From the NCBI GenBank assembly GCA_037130265.1, contig JBAXTI010000001.1, positions 171,086 to 235,085 on the forward strand: DNA of 64,000 bases, written 5' to 3'. Positions 28,767 to 38,258 of this stretch are shown here, piece after piece; position 1 is the stretch's first letter, and each line of letters starts with the position of its first letter. This DNA comes from a bacterium. GTDB taxonomy: Bacteria; Patescibacteriota; Minisyncoccia; Phycocordibacterales; JBBTRF01. The notes under the pieces were generated by a model, which was not told where the DNA came from, ran no database searches, and was given only the letters and a program-made list of their open reading frames with translations. A program made the translations under genes and the position numbers.

Positions 28767-29052
28767 GCGAAAGTCGCAGAACTTTTCCACAGAAGGCTCG
28801 AAAAAAGACTGAAAAAGGCAAAGGAGAAAAACACTCGGAAAAAAAACTCTGATTTCTGTCCCAAAAAAGCCCTCGTTTGCACGGCGTTTTCACTTCGCCA
28901 TTGCCACGGGAGCTTTTTTGTATTTTCTTGCGCAAACGGACTTGCAAGTGGCTATGCGGAGGGTGGGGATTGGAGTAAAATAGTCTCTACGCGATGGAGA
29001 TTTGATAAAATCTGTGTCGAGAAAAAATTAACCATAATCCCTTATCATCCAC

Positions 29053-31389
29053 ATGTCGAAAAAAGCGACTCGATCATCAGAAAAGAAAGACAAGGAAGTA
29101 AAACAAAGCTCCAAAATGGGAGGCTTGATCAAGACTGTGAAGAAGCGCAATGGTACGTTCGTGCCGTTTGACCTCTCACGAATCGCAAATGCGATTCACA
29201 AGTCGATGTTGGATGTGAGTGAGGGTTCGATGGAGGAGGCAGAACTCGTGGCGCATAAAGTGTATGCCGAGCTTGTTCGCGTCACCAAGAAGCACACTGA
29301 CTTCGTCCCTACTGTGGAAGGGATGCAGGATATGATCGAGCAGCAGCTCATGATGAGCGACTACGTGAAGGCTGCAAAGGCCTACATTCTCTATCGACAG
29401 GAGCGCACCAAGCTTCGAGAGAAGGGTGTGCAGGTGCCAGAACATGTTCGTAAGCTCGCAGCGGAGAGTAAGAGTCATTTCCGAAATGCGCTCGGTGAAT
29501 TTATCTACTACCGAACCTACTCACGATGGATTGACACCGAAGGCCGACGCGAGACTTGGGTGGAGACTGTCGACCGCTACATGTCTTTCATGCGAGAGAA
29601 TCTCGGCGGCAAACTCAAGGAGGCTGAATACAAGGAAGTTCGAGAGACTATTGCGAAGCAGGAGGCGATGCCATCGATGCGACTCCTCCAGTTTGCAGGT
29701 CCTGCTGCACGAAAGAGCAATGTCACCGCGTACAACTGTTCATTCATCGCTCCAGAGAGCTATCAGGATTTTGCTGAAATCATGGCACTCTCTATGTCTG
29801 GTGCGGGTGTGGGTTTCTCTGTAGAGACTCGAAACGTTCAGAAGCTCCCGATTATTAAAGAGCAGACAGGTGAAGTGGTGAAGTTTGTGATTCCTGACAG
29901 CCGAGAGGGTTGGGCGGATTCGTTTGCTGTCGGCATGAAGGCGTGGTTTGAGGGTAAGGACGCGCAGTTTGATTACTCAGAGCTTCGACCAGCGGGCGCA
30001 CGACTCAAGACCATGGGCGGCAAGAGCTCAGGCCCAGCGCCTTTGATGGAGATTCATCAGTTTACTCGAACAAAAATCCTCAGCCGACAAGGCCGACGTC
30101 TCAGCAACCTCGACGCGCATGACATCATTTGCAAGATTGGTGAAGGTGTAGTGTCCGGTGGTGTGCGACGAACTGCGCTCATCTCACTCTCTGACCTCGA
30201 TGATCTCGAGATTCGCGATTCAAAGAAAGGACAGTTCTATATGACCCAGCCACAGCGATCTTTGGCAAACAACTCTGCCGTATACATGCAGAAGCCTTCG
30301 AACGCTGAGTTCCTCGACGAGTGGACTGCGCTCATGAAGTCTGGGTCTGGTGAACGAGGTATCTTCAACCGAGGTGGTTTGAAGACTACTATGCCGGCTC
30401 GACGACTCGCGATTTCAAAGGGATACATCGACAGCTACGGCACCAATCCTTGCGGCGAGATCATTCTCAGATCAAAGCAGTTCTGTAACCTCACTGAAGT
30501 GGTGGCACGACATGAAGACACCCTCGAATCTTTGAAGCGAAAGATCCGCGTGGCGACCATTATCGGTACCTATCAGTCTTCGCTTACCAATTTCATGTAC
30601 CTCTCTCCGGAGTGGAAGCAGAATTGTGAAGCAGAACGACTCCTTGGTGTATCGATCACCGGTCAGTGGGATTCTCCAGTATCTCGAAAGCCAGAAGTGA
30701 TGCGCGCGTTGCGAGATGAGGCGATCAAGGTCAACAAGCTTTTTGCAAAACGCTTTGGTATCAACGCTTCCGCTTCGATCACTTGTACCAAACCATCAGG
30801 AAACCTTTCACAGACCGTGGACTGTTCATCTGGCGTGCATCCTCGATTTGCTCCATTCTATATTCGACGAGTACGAATTGCAGCTACCGATGCACTCTTC
30901 AAGATGCTCAAGGAACAGGGTGCACAGTATCATCCAGAAGTAGGACAGACCGTCGAGAATGCCACCACATATGTCGTGGACTTCCCAGTACGAGCACCAA
31001 AGGGTTCGATTTTCAAGAACGATCAGACAGCCATCGACCAGCTCGAATATTGGAAGTCGGTAAAGGTGAATTTCACCGAGCACAACCCTTCGACTACTGT
31101 ATCTGTTGGCGATGATGAGTGGCTTGAAGTAGGTAACTGGGTCTACAAGAATTGGGACATCGTCGGTGGACTTTCGTTCCTTCCTCGAAGCAACCACGTC
31201 TACCGACTCGCTCCATACGAGGAAGTCACCGAGGCACAGTACAACGAGCTCGCAAAGCGCTATGAGCACATCGACTTCTCGAAGATCGTCACCTACGAGC
31301 GCGTTGACGAGACCGAAGTGAAGAAGGAGCTCGCGTGTGCAGGTGGTGTGTGTGAGATTGAGTCAGTGCCGAGCGAGGCGAAGAAATAA
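29053..31389 (+). CDS. nrdJ: class II (adenosylcobalamin-dependent) ribonucleotide reductase with N-terminal ATP-cone
   Basis: ATP-cone VKKRNGTFVPFDLSRIANAI. NPCGEI catalytic cysteine motif. Single-chain 778 aa. Confidence 0.6.
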   Translation: MSKKATRSSEKKDKEVKQSSKMGGLIKTVKKRNGTFVPFDLSRIANAIHKSMLDVSEGSMEEAELVAHKVYAELVRVTKKHTDFVPTVEGMQDMIEQQLMMSDYVKAAKAYILYRQERTKLREKGVQVPEHVRKLAAESKSHFRNALGEFIYYRTYSRWIDTEGRRETWVETVDRYMSFMRENLGGKLKEAEYKEVRETIAKQEAMPSMRLLQFAGPAARKSNVTAYNCSFIAPESYQDFAEIMALSMSGAGVGFSVETRNVQKLPIIKEQTGEVVKFVIPDSREGWADSFAVGMKAWFEGKDAQFDYSELRPAGARLKTMGGKSSGPAPLMEIHQFTRTKILSRQGRRLSNLDAHDIICKIGEGVVSGGVRRTALISLSDLDDLEIRDSKKGQFYMTQPQRSLANNSAVYMQKPSNAEFLDEWTALMKSGSGERGIFNRGGLKTTMPARRLAISKGYIDSYGTNPCGEIILRSKQFCNLTEVVARHEDTLESLKRKIRVATIIGTYQSSLTNFMYLSPEWKQNCEAERLLGVSITGQWDSPVSRKPEVMRALRDEAIKVNKLFAKRFGINASASITCTKPSGNLSQTVDCSSGVHPRFAPFYIRRVRIAATDALFKMLKEQGAQYHPEVGQTVENATTYVVDFPVRAPKGSIFKNDQTAIDQLEYWKSVKVNFTEHNPSTTVSVGDDEWLEVGNWVYKNWDIVGGLSFLPRSNHVYRLAPYEEVTEAQYNELAKRYEHIDFSKIVTYERVDETEVKKELACAGGVCEIESVPSEAKK

Positions 31390-31443
31390 TCCTCCAGAAG
31401 TAGAAATAAAAAGACACAGAAAAAATGTTGGTACATTTTTTCC

Positions 31444-31482
31444 TCCTCTCCGCGCCGTCGCGCTCCGAGAGGTCTTTTTATT
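31444..31482 (+). terminator. intrinsic terminator after nrdJ
   Basis: CCTCTC-cgcgccgtcgcgct-CCGAGAGG hairpin followed by TCTTTTTATTT. Confidence 0.5.
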
Positions 31483-31604
31483 TCGTCTTCTTCCGGTAAC
31501 AGTCGCGCCCCGCAGTTCCTCCGAAATGCTGTTTTGTATTTCCTACATATTTCGTTTGTCGGCAACCTTCATTTTGAAGGCCACATTTATTGTGAGAAAT
31601 ATTT

Positions 31605-31719
31605 GGACCCCCATGACAAAGACTGAGAGGGGACTCTCGCAGGCCGACGGGCCGAGATCTGAGTCGAAATCCTAGCAAGGATTTACGACGTGCCCCGATC
31701 AGTCTTTTTTATGGGGGTC
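31605..31719 (+). other. candidate structured RNA/element A (21-bp closing stem + conserved 72-nt interior)
   Basis: GGACCCCCATGACAAAGACTGA pairs with TCAGTCTTTTTTATGGGGGTC. Interior shares GAGGnACT...GGCCGACGGGCCGAG...TTTACGnCGTG with element B. Confidence 0.45.
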
Positions 31720-31756
31720 TAGCATTTACTTCCCATGATAAATATGGTACTTTAAA

Positions 31757-32182
31757 CACGTCCTTGCATTGAATGACTGCGCTTTTCGCAAGAAAAGTGA
31801 GGAAAGTCCGAACACTCGCCGGCTCCGTAAGGCGCCGGCAGCAAGGTAGCAGGTAACGCCTGTCCGATCTGTCGACTTTCGCAAAGGGATTCGTTCTTTT
31901 GAGAAGGTACGACAGCGAGAGGTGCGAACAGAGACGCCGGGCTTCGAAAGGGGCTTGGGACGTGAGCCGCAAGGCTTTCGTCAGTCCTCGCTGAAAGGCG
32001 AGGGGTGCAACGGCAAAATCCTTACCCGAGTGCAAGGCCGTACCATTCGGAGGCAGCAATGTTTCCGAGTAGGGGTGCCGCTTGAGCCGGGGAGCGATCC
32101 TTGGCCTAGATAAATGGTCATTCAGTCGGCGAGGCGCAAGCCGAGCCGGCGGACAGAATTCGGCTTATAGGTGCAGGACATA
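31757..32182 (+). ncRNA. rnpB: RNase P RNA (bacterial type)
   Basis: GAGGAAAGTCCG (P4 5' strand) at about 31797 and ACAGAATTCGGCTTAT (P4 3' strand) at about 32153. P1 pairing GTCCTTGCA/TGCAGGAC. Ends are approximate. Confidence 0.7.
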
Positions 32183-32186
32183 TGGA

Positions 32187-32216
32187 AGACCGCCTGAAAT
32201 GGCGGTCTTTCTCTTT
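32187..32216 (+). terminator. intrinsic terminator after rnpB
   Basis: AGACCGCC-tgaaat-GGCGGTCT followed by a T-rich run. Confidence 0.55.
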
Positions 32217-32344
32217 GTGTTTTTTGCCATTTCTCCTCCGCCCTCTTCTCGGTCGCATTCTTCCACACCTCTCTGCCTGTTGTTTCTCTCGTATTTTGTT
32301 ATAATCTACCCATTACAATTTAGCACCATAATCGTTTTACCAAC

Positions 32345-34759
32345 ATGGATCCAGAAGTAACTGTAGAGGCGACGAGTACTGAGAGTAAGCAGGGGAAGTG
32401 GCAGGTTCGTTTTGAGAAGTGGTCATTCTTCCTTCTCCTCACTGCGACTTTTTTGTTGCCGATCTTCTTTTTCCCAAGCGTCTCCGTCGTCTTCTCGAAG
32501 ACGGTGCTTTTCTCGGCCGTGCTCGTGGTGCTAGTTGCGGTGCTAATCTTCGATGCATTGAAGCGCTCCCAGATGCGCTTGCCATACAATCTCTTCACTC
32601 TCTCCGCATTGCTAGTGCCTGTGTTGTTTGCACTCAGCGCCTTCTTTTCAGGCGATGTTGCACAGTCCTTCTTTGGTTCACGATTTGAAATTGGTACCGC
32701 GATGTCGGTCATTCTTGGTACGATTCTACTCTTCCTCACCTCACACTTCTTCCACACAAAGGATCGCGTGTTCGCCTTCTTCATTGCATTCTTTTCCTCG
32801 GCTTCGCTTATCGCTCTGCACCAGGTGATCCGTCTTGTTTTTGGTCCAGACATGCTAGCTTTCGGTATCTCAAACAGTACTGCTCTCACCCTGATCGGCA
32901 AGTGGAATGAGCTTGGCGTGTATTTTGGCCTCGTCGCAATCCTTTCGTTGATAAGCCTCGAGATCCTCACTCTCAACAAGACCTTCAAGACTATTTGGTC
33001 TGTGGTGCTTGCGATTGCATTGTTCTTCCTCGTGCTTACGAACTTCAACTACGTCTGGATCGTGGTCGGTCTTTCGTCCGCAATCGCTTTCTCGTACTTG
33101 TATGTGAGTCGAAAGAAGTCTGAGGTACCTGGACAAAAGCGGGTCTCAAAGTCGGCTATTATTGTCTTTGCACTCGCCCTCATTTTTGTATTTCCAAAGG
33201 GTCCAGTGTGGGTGATTAATCATTCGCCACAGTTTGTTCAGACAGCTGTAGGGAAGGTAGCAAACTTCTTCAATGCTGGAGATGTCGAGGTGCGTCCATC
33301 ACTCTCGTACACTATCGATATAGCCAAGGAGTCATTGAAGCACAATCCAATCTTCGGCGTCGGTCCAAACAAGTTTGTTGACCAATGGATCGCTCTCAAG
33401 CCAGCGGAGGTCAATCAGACCGTCTTCTGGGGCTCGGATTTTCTCTACGGCATTGGCCTTGTGCCGACCTATGCGGTCACGACCGGACTTATCGGAATCC
33501 TCGCAGTGCTGTTCTTCTTGGGTATGTTCGGGTACCTCGGTTTTACTCAGGTATTCAAGAGGGGGCGTGATCAATTCACTCAGTACTTGATTATTTCGTC
33601 CTATGTCGGTGCTCTCTATCTCTGGATTTTCCAAGTCGTGTATATTCCAAGTGAAGTGCTCTTCTACTCAGCATTCTTGTTCACTGGCATCTTCGTGGCT
33701 TGTTTGCATCGCGATGGTGCATTCCACTATCGAAGCTTCAATTACGGTTCGAACGCGCGACTTTCTTTTGTCGCAGTCTCTGGTTTAATCATCATATTGC
33801 TCGGCAGTGTGTCTTTCGCGTACTACATTGGCGAAAAGGCATACGCGGCATATGAATTTACCCAAGCAGCGATTGCCGTGAATGCAAAGGGTGATCTTGC
33901 GGCAGGAGAGAAGGCATTGAACAATGCAATTTCTGCTGATCCTCAAGATGTGTATTATCGCGGCTTGGTACAGCTCGGTGTTTTGAAGATCAACGCTGTG
34001 CTCAATAACCAGTCGCTCAAGCAGGAGCAGAAGACCGCGCAGATTTCTCCATTGCTCGCCACTACCTTGGATGCTGCACAAAAGGCGATCAAGCAGGATG
34101 AGACTGGATATCAGAATTGGATTACCCTCGGCCAGCTCTACGAAGGTCTCCTGCCGTTCGGTTACGAAAAGGCATATGAGAGTGCCAAGCAGGCATACGA
34201 GAAGGCGCAGACATTGAATACCAAGAACCCATCAATCATTCTTGCGCTTGCACGACTTGAAGCGGCCAACAAGAACCTGCCAAAGGCAAAGGAGATTGTC
34301 GGGCAAGCATTGGCAATGAAGCAGAATTATTCAGAGGCAATCTACCTCCTCTCCCAGATCCAGATCGCAGAAGGTAATCTGAAGGATGCGATTGAGTCTG
34401 TCTCTGCAATCGCTTTCCTCAACCAAAATGACCCAACCGTCTTCTTCCAGCTCGGCTTCCTCCAGTATTCAAACAAGCAGTATGCCGATGCGGTGAAGGC
34501 TCTTGAGCGAGCGGTGACATTGAACAATCAGTACTCAAACGCACGATACTTCCTTGGCGGTAGTTATGCAAAACTTGGTCGTCAGGCCGATGCGGCTGCA
34601 CAGTTCGAAGCAATCCAGAAGCTTAACCCGGACAATCAGGAGGTGAAAACCGCACTCGCTAATTTGAAGGCGGGGAAGGACCCATTGGCGACTACTGCAA
34701 GGGACACTTCTTCAACAAAGGAGCCTACCAAGAAGCTTCCCGTGAAGGAGGCAAACTAG
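32345..34759 (+). CDS. polytopic membrane protein with C-terminal TPR repeats (O-antigen ligase/Wzy-like candidate)
   Basis: About 12 or more TM helices in the N-terminal 450 aa. The C-terminal about 300 aa is helical repeat (TPR-like: ...AYESAKQAYEKA..., ...YFLGGSYAKLGRQADAAAQFEAIQKLNP). Confidence 0.45.
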   Translation: MDPEVTVEATSTESKQGKWQVRFEKWSFFLLLTATFLLPIFFFPSVSVVFSKTVLFSAVLVVLVAVLIFDALKRSQMRLPYNLFTLSALLVPVLFALSAFFSGDVAQSFFGSRFEIGTAMSVILGTILLFLTSHFFHTKDRVFAFFIAFFSSASLIALHQVIRLVFGPDMLAFGISNSTALTLIGKWNELGVYFGLVAILSLISLEILTLNKTFKTIWSVVLAIALFFLVLTNFNYVWIVVGLSSAIAFSYLYVSRKKSEVPGQKRVSKSAIIVFALALIFVFPKGPVWVINHSPQFVQTAVGKVANFFNAGDVEVRPSLSYTIDIAKESLKHNPIFGVGPNKFVDQWIALKPAEVNQTVFWGSDFLYGIGLVPTYAVTTGLIGILAVLFFLGMFGYLGFTQVFKRGRDQFTQYLIISSYVGALYLWIFQVVYIPSEVLFYSAFLFTGIFVACLHRDGAFHYRSFNYGSNARLSFVAVSGLIIILLGSVSFAYYIGEKAYAAYEFTQAAIAVNAKGDLAAGEKALNNAISADPQDVYYRGLVQLGVLKINAVLNNQSLKQEQKTAQISPLLATTLDAAQKAIKQDETGYQNWITLGQLYEGLLPFGYEKAYESAKQAYEKAQTLNTKNPSIILALARLEAANKNLPKAKEIVGQALAMKQNYSEAIYLLSQIQIAEGNLKDAIESVSAIAFLNQNDPTVFFQLGFLQYSNKQYADAVKALERAVTLNNQYSNARYFLGGSYAKLGRQADAAAQFEAIQKLNPDNQEVKTALANLKAGKDPLATTARDTSSTKEPTKKLPVKEAN

Positions 34760-34766
34760 TTTTGCC

Positions 34767-36446
34767 ATGGTAGAGCGCCTGATGAGTTTCTTTCATCGAG
34801 AGGTAAGCGGTCTCCACGAGGCCGCTTACCTTTTGGCATTCTTTGCCTTTTTGGCGCAGCTGCTTGCTTTGGTGCGTGACCGGCTCTTCGCATTCTACTT
34901 CGGCGCTGGTCATGTGGTGGACGTATACTATGCTGCTTTTCGCATCCCTGACTTTATCTTCGTAACAATTGCTACAACCGTCTCGATCTCCGTACTCGTG
35001 CCGTTCTTCATTGAAAAGATGGAGAAAAATAAAGAGGAAGGGAGGGCCTTTATCGATCACACTTTCTCGGTGTTCTTCTTCGCGATGATTGTAATGTCTA
35101 TCGTCGGCTTCTTTCTCATTCCGTGGCTTACGCCGATCGTGTTGCCGGGTTTTGCGAACGACCCTGCATTGCCGCAACTTATCACTCTTTCGCGCATACT
35201 GCTTTTGTCGCCGCTTCTGCTTGGTTTCTCAAACTTTCTGGCGAGTATCACGCAGATCCATAATCGGTTCTTCCTCTACGCATTGAGCCCAGTGCTATAT
35301 AACCTCGGCATCGTCTTTGGTATTATCGTGCTGTATCCAATGATGGGTATCTACGGTCTCGGCTGGGGGGTAATCGTTGGCGCCGCACTCCACCTCGGTG
35401 TCCAAGTGCCGTACATTGTGAGTCAAAAGTTGTTCCCGAAAGTACTCTTCCGCATCGACCTTAAAGCAATTCGCCAGGTCGTACTCACTTCGCTGCCGCG
35501 CACATTGACGCTGTCGTCAAATCAGATTGCCTTCTTTTTTCTCACCGCCATGGCCTCGTTGATGGCTACCGGATCGATCGCTGTGTTTAATTTTTCCAAC
35601 AACCTGCAGTCGGTGCCACTGAGTATTATTGGAGTGAGCTACGCTTCTGCGGCGTTTCCAACGTTGTCGCGCTTGTTCTCTAGCGGAGATATGAAACGTT
35701 TTGTCGAGCAGATGGTGGCGTCCACAAAGCACATCATCTTTTGGTCAATGCCAGTGATGGTGTTGTTTATTGTGCTGCGCGCGCAGATCGTACGAACCGT
35801 CCTCGGTGCAGGACATTTTGATTGGAGTGATACGCGACTTACGGCTGCGGCTCTTGCAGTGTTCACCTTGTCGATCATCCCGCAGAGCCTCATTACGCTG
35901 TTTGTACGAGCGTTCTATTCTGGCGGAAAGACATTGAAGCCTCTTTTGATCAATGTGTTTTCTTCGGTACTGATGGTGGCATTTGCGTACGGGCTTGTGT
36001 GGGCGTTCGGACATTGGTACGGGTTCCGCTCGTTTTTCGAGTCGCTCTTCAAGGTGGAGGGACTCGCGGGAACTTCTGTGCTCATGCTCGCCCTCGCGTA
36101 TTCGCTGGGTGTGTTTGTGAATACGATCGCGCATTGGCAAGCTTTTCATAAAGAATTTTCCGAGTTTTCTCGGCCGGTACTTCGGACGCTGTTCCAGACT
36201 TTCTCTGCTTCGGTGTTGATGGGATTTGTGACGTACAAATGTCTTGGTATTTTTGACAACGTATTTCATCTCGATACGGTGTTTGGCGTGTTTATGCAGG
36301 GCTTCTGTTCGGGTGTAATTGGCATTGCCTTTTGTCTGCTGGTTTTGAAGGCGCTAAAGAGTGAAGAGTTGGAACAGGTATGGAAGACTCTCCACATGAA
36401 AATCTGGAAGACGGAAGTTTTGGCGCCGGAGGTACAGCGGTTATAA
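34767..36446 (+). CDS. murJ: lipid II flippase MurJ (MviN)
   Basis: 14-TM protein. N-terminus matches the MviN pattern (LVRDRLFAFYFGAG...VDVYYAAFRIPDF). Confidence 0.75.
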   Translation: MVERLMSFFHREVSGLHEAAYLLAFFAFLAQLLALVRDRLFAFYFGAGHVVDVYYAAFRIPDFIFVTIATTVSISVLVPFFIEKMEKNKEEGRAFIDHTFSVFFFAMIVMSIVGFFLIPWLTPIVLPGFANDPALPQLITLSRILLLSPLLLGFSNFLASITQIHNRFFLYALSPVLYNLGIVFGIIVLYPMMGIYGLGWGVIVGAALHLGVQVPYIVSQKLFPKVLFRIDLKAIRQVVLTSLPRTLTLSSNQIAFFFLTAMASLMATGSIAVFNFSNNLQSVPLSIIGVSYASAAFPTLSRLFSSGDMKRFVEQMVASTKHIIFWSMPVMVLFIVLRAQIVRTVLGAGHFDWSDTRLTAAALAVFTLSIIPQSLITLFVRAFYSGGKTLKPLLINVFSSVLMVAFAYGLVWAFGHWYGFRSFFESLFKVEGLAGTSVLMLALAYSLGVFVNTIAHWQAFHKEFSEFSRPVLRTLFQTFSASVLMGFVTYKCLGIFDNVFHLDTVFGVFMQGFCSGVIGIAFCLLVLKALKSEELEQVWKTLHMKIWKTEVLAPEVQRL

Positions 36447-36453
36447 TAGAGGG

Positions 36454-37050
36454 ATGATCGTCGTCGATGTTGAGACAACTGGAGTGGACCCGAATAAGCA
36501 TTCGCTGGTGTCTATCGGTGCGGTGGATTTTTATAATCCTGCGAATCAGTTTTATGCTGAATGTCGTGCTTGGGATGGAGCGCATGTGGCCGATGAGGCG
36601 CTAGCGGTGAATGGGTATACTCGCGGGCAGGTGGCGGATCCAGAAAAGAAAAGTGAGAAGGAGATTGTGATTGAATTTTTGCAGTGGGCGATGCAGGTCC
36701 CAGAGCGGACGATTGCGGGGCAGAATCCGTCTTTTGATGAAGGGTTTTTGCGCGCCGCCGCGGCGCGCGGAGGGGTGAACTGGCCAATCGCAAAACGCAC
36801 TATCGACATGCATACGATTTGCTATTTTCACGCGTTGCGCCGCGGTATCAAACCACCTACTTTGAAGGGTCACTCCGCTTTGAATTCCGATGCGATCGCA
36901 GAATATTGTGGCATACCAGCAGAAGTGAAGCCACACGTAGCAATTGGCGGCGCTCGTATTGAGACCGAGATGTTTGCGCGATTTTTCTATGATGAGCCAA
37001 TGCTCGACGAGTGGAAGAAGTACCCCGTGCCGTGGGCGAAGAAAAGTTGA
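36454..37050 (+). CDS. DEDD-family 3'-5' exonuclease (DnaQ-like)
   Basis: Exo I motif VVDVETTG. About 200-aa RNase T/epsilon-like size. Confidence 0.6.
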   Translation: MIVVDVETTGVDPNKHSLVSIGAVDFYNPANQFYAECRAWDGAHVADEALAVNGYTRGQVADPEKKSEKEIVIEFLQWAMQVPERTIAGQNPSFDEGFLRAAAARGGVNWPIAKRTIDMHTICYFHALRRGIKPPTLKGHSALNSDAIAEYCGIPAEVKPHVAIGGARIETEMFARFFYDEPMLDEWKKYPVPWAKKS

Positions 37051-37126
37051 TTAAAAATTCATAATTATTTTATCTTTTCTTTATCTTTTTCACATTGCAA
37101 TGTCTTTTGGTGGTAGATAGAATTAT

Positions 37127-37657
37127 TTGGTGGAAAAAGCTGTCGTGCAAAATGTCGTTGAACATAAAATCTACATCATTCGTGGCCAGCGGGTGATGGT
37201 GGATTTTGATTTGGCGAAATTGTACGGCGTTGAAACGAAAGTATTGCTGCAATCGGTGAGAAGAAACCTAGGTCGCTTTCCTGAAGATTTTGCTTTCCAG
37301 CTCACGCGTGGGGAGTTCTCAAACTTGAGGTCACAAATTGTGACCTCAAAGATTGGTCGTGGAGGGAACCGCTATTTGCCTTACGTCTTCACAGAACATG
37401 GTGTGGCCATGCTCTCAGCTGTACTAAAAAGCGAACGAGCGGTGCAGATGAGTATTTTCATTGTCCGTGCCTTCATTAAAATGCGTGAGATGTTGGCGAC
37501 GCACGCGGACTTGGCTCAAAAGATCGAAGAAATTGAGAGAAAGCAGAAAGAGCATGGTGACCAGCTTTCGAGTGTGTATTCGGTCGTGAAGCAGCTTATT
37601 AATCCGCCGGAGGGGCCGAAAAAGAAGATTGGTTTTGATGGAGGTATCGAGGAATGA
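37127..37657 (+). CDS. ORF6N-domain protein (KilA-N-related, phage/ICE-associated domain)
   Basis: IRGQRVMVDFDLAKLYGVETKVLLQSVRRNLGRFPEDFAFQLT matches the ORF6N pattern. Confidence 0.5.
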   Translation: MVEKAVVQNVVEHKIYIIRGQRVMVDFDLAKLYGVETKVLLQSVRRNLGRFPEDFAFQLTRGEFSNLRSQIVTSKIGRGGNRYLPYVFTEHGVAMLSAVLKSERAVQMSIFIVRAFIKMREMLATHADLAQKIEEIERKQKEHGDQLSSVYSVVKQLINPPEGPKKKIGFDGGIEE

Positions 37658-37733
37658 AACTTGATATCGCAATTTGCGATATCAAAGATTGGATGAGGTG
37701 GTCGTCGTAAATTACCCTATGTTTTCACCGATG

Positions 37734-38258
37734 TTAAAACCAATCCTTCTTTAAAAATTTAGAAAGAGCCACAACTGTCGGCTGAAAATAGAGATCCATT
37801 TTATTGACCGCATCGTTCGTGAGCAAGCTGACGAAACCTCCGTTGTGTTTGATGTCATCTGTGGAATACGTGGTGTCCACGGCAGTGGCGAGAGGTGCCC
37901 CCTCTCTAACCTTGGCTGCGACGACTTCAGGTATCGGGAAGGTTACTCCCCAGCTCATTGATCGACGACCTCCCTTGTCCTCGATTATTACGCAGGATAT
38001 TTCCTCCATTCCATTCACAGTCTCGCGGACTCCGCCCTCCATGGCTACAAAATAATCAGCCGTCGAATCCTCGACCTTCATTTTATTTATCGAATTGATA
38101 ATTTGCTCGAGCAGCGCTTCTTCGCCGACAGGCTCAGCACCCTGATCTTCGAAATTGAAAGACTTGATTATTGGAGTAGAGCCTGGAAATAATTTTGAGA
38201 TTGAATTAACGACGACAGCCTCCTTCGTCTTGCTCTTTGACGCTAGGGCGATTTTCAT
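37734..38258 (-). CDS. inosine/xanthosine triphosphatase, YjjX family
   Basis: Alignable by eye to E. coli YjjX (FVAMEGG..., PIPEVVAAKVREG..L, ...VVALSKF). Confidence 0.6.
   Translation of the reverse strand: MKIALASKSKTKEAVVVNSISKLFPGSTPIIKSFNFEDQGAEPVGEEALLEQIINSINKMKVEDSTADYFVAMEGGVRETVNGMEEISCVIIEDKGGRRSMSWGVTFPIPEVVAAKVREGAPLATAVDTTYSTDDIKHNGGFVSLLTNDAVNKMDLYFQPTVVALSKFLKKDWF

Noticed and set aside
28767-29052. Cobalamin riboswitch or NrdR box upstream of nrdJ
   Set aside because: No B12-box-like consensus and no NrdR-type palindrome was visible by eye. I cannot exclude it without a covariance-model scan.
31709-32059. 116-aa minus-strand ORF
   Set aside because: It lies antisense inside the RNase P RNA gene, which is identified by its P4 motifs.
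37658-37733. Perfect palindrome TTGATATCGCAaatTGCGATATCAA (two EcoRV sites)
   Set aside because: It sits between convergent genes (ORF6N +, yjjX -). It is most simply a bidirectional terminator hairpin rather than anything exotic.
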